From: Candidatus Nitrospinota bacterium M3_3B_026
GTDB taxonomy: Bacteria; Nitrospinota_A; UBA7883; JBPRGF01
NCBI GenBank assembly: GCA_051418015.1
Contig: JBPRGF010000026.1
Coordinates: 1-64,000, forward strand
Direction: 5' to 3'
Length of the DNA: 64,000 bases
In this document: positions 61,784 to 64,000 of the stretch, piece by piece
How positions within the stretch are numbered: position 1 is the first letter of the stretch
Layout: each line of letters starts with the position of its first letter
Notes under the pieces: model-generated
Database searches by the model: none
What the model saw: only the letters and a program-made list of their open reading frames with translations
What the model was told of the DNA's origin: nothing
Program-made: the position numbers and the translations under genes

Positions 61784-62125
61784 TTAAGGTCGGTCCTCCG
61801 CCCCGCCGACAACCTCGCCGATCCACTCCAGGTATTTTCCGCTTCCGGCCTCGATGGGCAGCGCGATGATCTCCGGCGTGGTATAGGAGTGGATATCCGT
61901 TGCCCGTTTTTTAAGGGCGGCGAACCGCTCCTCGCTGGTCTTCGCTATAAGCAGGGTTTCCCTGTCGTCCTGGACCTTGCCTTCCCAAATGTATATCGAA
62001 CGGACAACGGGGACAATGTTGACGCACGCCGCCAGCCTCTCGTTCACCAGGATGGTGGCTATGGACTTGGCTTCGTCCTCGCTTGACGTCGTGATGAAAA
62101 CAACGAGCTTGCCCGTCTGGCTCAT
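61784..62125 (-). CDS. cutA: divalent-cation tolerance protein CutA
   Basis: LAACVNI, SIYIWEG, HSYTTPEII, YLEWI. Confidence 0.93.
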   Translation of the reverse strand: MSQTGKLVVFITTSSEDEAKSIATILVNERLAACVNIVPVVRSIYIWEGKVQDDRETLLIAKTSEERFAALKKRATDIHSYTTPEIIALPIEAGSGKYLEWIGEVVGGAEDRP

Positions 62126-63444
62126 ATTTTCCCTCCGGCTTCCACGGACGCCGCGGACCCTATGAGGTCATAATCCATCGCGCCCGTTATCCGAACCGGA
62201 ATTATATCACCAGGCGCCGCGTCCGCCGAATCCAGGATCACATGTCCGTCGATCTCCGGGGCCTGGGTCTCAAGCCTGCCGGTCAACAAGAGCCCGTCCT
62301 CCCTCGCTCCATCGACCATGACTTCCTCCACGCGCCCCACCTTCTCCCCCAGGATATTGGCGGATATTTTCCTCTGGGCGCCCATGAGAGCGTCCAGCCT
62401 CTCCCCGGCCGTTTTTCCGCCGATGGCGCCGGACAGCGCGGCCGCGGGCGTCCCTTCCTCGGGAGAGTATATGAAACAGCCCGCGTGGTCCAGCCTGGCC
62501 TCCTCGACAAAGCCGAGAAGCTCCGCGAAGTCGCGCCCGGTCTCGCCGGGAAACCCCACGATGAACGACGCCCGGATGGCGGCCCCCGGCGCTTTTTCCC
62601 TTATCCGCTCCACGAGCCTTCGTATCGACGCGCCGGTGTCGGGCCTGGACATCCTCTTCAGAACATTGTCGGCGACATGCTGCAGGGGCAGGTCGAAATA
62701 GGGGACGATCTTCTCCTCCCCGGCGATGACGTCGAGCAGGGCGCCGCTTGCAAGCGATGGATACATGTACAAGACGCGGATCCACCTTATCCCTTCCACG
62801 CCGGAGAGCTTGCCCAAAAGCCCGGCGAGGCCGTCCTTCATCCTAAGGTCCGCGCCGTAGAGGGTCGTGTCCTGCGCCACGAGTATCAGCTCCCTCACCC
62901 CCCGCCGGGCGAGGTCCTCGGCCTCGGCCAGCAGCTCATCCGGCGTCCTGCTCCAGTACGGGCCCCGGATGGAGGGGATGACGCAGAACGAGCAGCTGTT
63001 CGAGCACCCCTCGGCGATCTTCAGGTAGGCGTAGCTTGAGGGGGTGGAAAGCTCCCTGGGGCCGGAGAGGGGGTCGGGCATATCGGCGGGAGGCCTCGGG
63101 GCGATCCGCTCCACCACCGGCCGCAGGTCCGCCGTCCCGAAGATCTCGTCTATCTCCGGTATCTCCCTTAAAAGCTCGTCCCGGTATTTTTCGGACAGGC
63201 ACCCCATCACCGCCAGCTTCACGCCCGGCCTGTTTTCCTTTATCCGGGCCAGGCGCAGTATGGCGTCGATGGATTCCTCCTTGGCCGCATCGATGAACCC
63301 GCAGGTGTTGACTATCAGCGCGTCCGCGCATGTCTCGTCCGCCACCGGCTCCGCCCCGGCCCGCCGCAGCGCGCCGAGCGCAAGCTCGGAGTCCACAAGG
63401 TTTTTGGGGCAGCCAAGGGACTCAAGGTAAACTTTTTTCGCCAT
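62122..63444 (-). CDS. rimO: ribosomal protein S12 methylthiotransferase
   Basis: LGCPKNLVDSE, NTCGFI, YLKIAEGCSNSCSFC, IVGFPGET, APEIDG. Confidence 0.95.
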   Translation of the reverse strand: MAKKVYLESLGCPKNLVDSELALGALRRAGAEPVADETCADALIVNTCGFIDAAKEESIDAILRLARIKENRPGVKLAVMGCLSEKYRDELLREIPEIDEIFGTADLRPVVERIAPRPPADMPDPLSGPRELSTPSSYAYLKIAEGCSNSCSFCVIPSIRGPYWSRTPDELLAEAEDLARRGVRELILVAQDTTLYGADLRMKDGLAGLLGKLSGVEGIRWIRVLYMYPSLASGALLDVIAGEEKIVPYFDLPLQHVADNVLKRMSRPDTGASIRRLVERIREKAPGAAIRASFIVGFPGETGRDFAELLGFVEEARLDHAGCFIYSPEEGTPAAALSGAIGGKTAGERLDALMGAQRKISANILGEKVGRVEEVMVDGAREDGLLLTGRLETQAPEIDGHVILDSADAAPGDIIPVRITGAMDYDLIGSAASVEAGGKI

Positions 63445-63485
63445 TTTTTGAGTATATCAGAATGGGGCGCCGGGGCTCGTAGTCT

Positions 63486-63998
63486 TCAGGCGGATCGCCA
63501 GCGCAGTTTTACCTCGCCCAGCAGGCTGGACATCCCCAGGGTATAGGGGGGGCCGCCAGCCGCCTCCCTGGGGAAGCTGACGATGTAAAAGGAGCGGAAG
63601 GCGGTCTCGAAAGGCAGGTTGTCCCGCAGCTTCAGCTCCTCGAGCTTCACCTTTCTTATCGACTCGGGCCGGGCGAGCCCTCCGTCCGCCTCCAGGAAAA
63701 GCGACCACCGCGAGCCCTCTTTTTCGAGGTCGTTCCATTCGTCCTCGGAGGTGTAGAGAGCCACGAGGAACTGGGCGCTGGCGCCGTTTTCCTCCCTCTC
63801 CTTTTCAAGCAGGGCGGCCTTCTCCGAAGGCCCCAGGCGGCCCGCCTCCGCCGCCTGGTCCACCCACGCCCGCCGCAGACCCATGTCAAGTAGGGTAACG
63901 TCGGCGATCAGGATCGTGTCCAACTCCCGGTAGAGCCTAGCGGTCCTCGTCATTGACGCCACGGCGCGGTTGAGCGGGATTTCGCCGATCAGGTACCT
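63486..63998 (-). CDS. hypothetical protein, 5' end beyond the window
   Basis: Frame is open to the window edge (RYLIGEIPLNRAVASMTRTARLY...); typical codon usage. Confidence 0.65.
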   Translation of the reverse strand, partial: RYLIGEIPLNRAVASMTRTARLYRELDTILIADVTLLDMGLRRAWVDQAAEAGRLGPSEKAALLEKEREENGASAQFLVALYTSEDEWNDLEKEGSRWSLFLEADGGLARPESIRKVKLEELKLRDNLPFETAFRSFYIVSFPREAAGGPPYTLGMSSLLGEVKLRWRSA

Positions 63999-64000
63999 GG

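Overview
Mostly core chromosome of a GC-rich Gram-negative bacterium. Gene content and protein style suggest a Nitrospinota/Desulfobacterota-like lineage, which is inference only. From left to right: a low-GC decayed patch at the 3' end of tRNA-Ser(GCT); a cupin, a CPA2 antiporter, ade-hpt and dxs-tlyA; a ribosomal cluster that starts at rplV behind its own consensus sigma70 promoter and runs to rplQ, with no S10-S19 genes, rpmD or infA; nfeD, a REC-GGDEF cyclase, ileS-lspA, a PilZ protein, a TPR-like protein, a peptide ABC transporter, purD, ispG, pyrE and a MEMO1 protein; divergent hda-like and mutL genes separated by DnaA-box-like, IHF-consensus and AT-rich DNA; a hybrid kinase; galT-glgA-GAF kinase-response regulator; yajC-secDF, hsp20-lon, a gamma-CA family gene, tRNA-Ser(GGA) and metG; a pentaheme cytochrome c-Rieske-cytochrome b6-subunit IV operon; folE, HU/IHF, cutA and rimO. 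Best leads: (1) the two tRNA-Ser genes, 54 kb apart and inverted, share a homologous ~100 bp 3' flank that looks like the tail of a serine recombinase; (2) a datA-like DnaA-box/IHF/AT-rich element between hda and mutL; (3) the split S10 operon with a new promoter and hairpin leader; (4) a b6-type, probably low-potential Rieske/cytb complex paired with a pentaheme cytochrome; (5) two candidate structured RNAs. No CRISPR array, rRNA or intact mobile element was seen. All counts and alignments were done by eye and no database searches were run.
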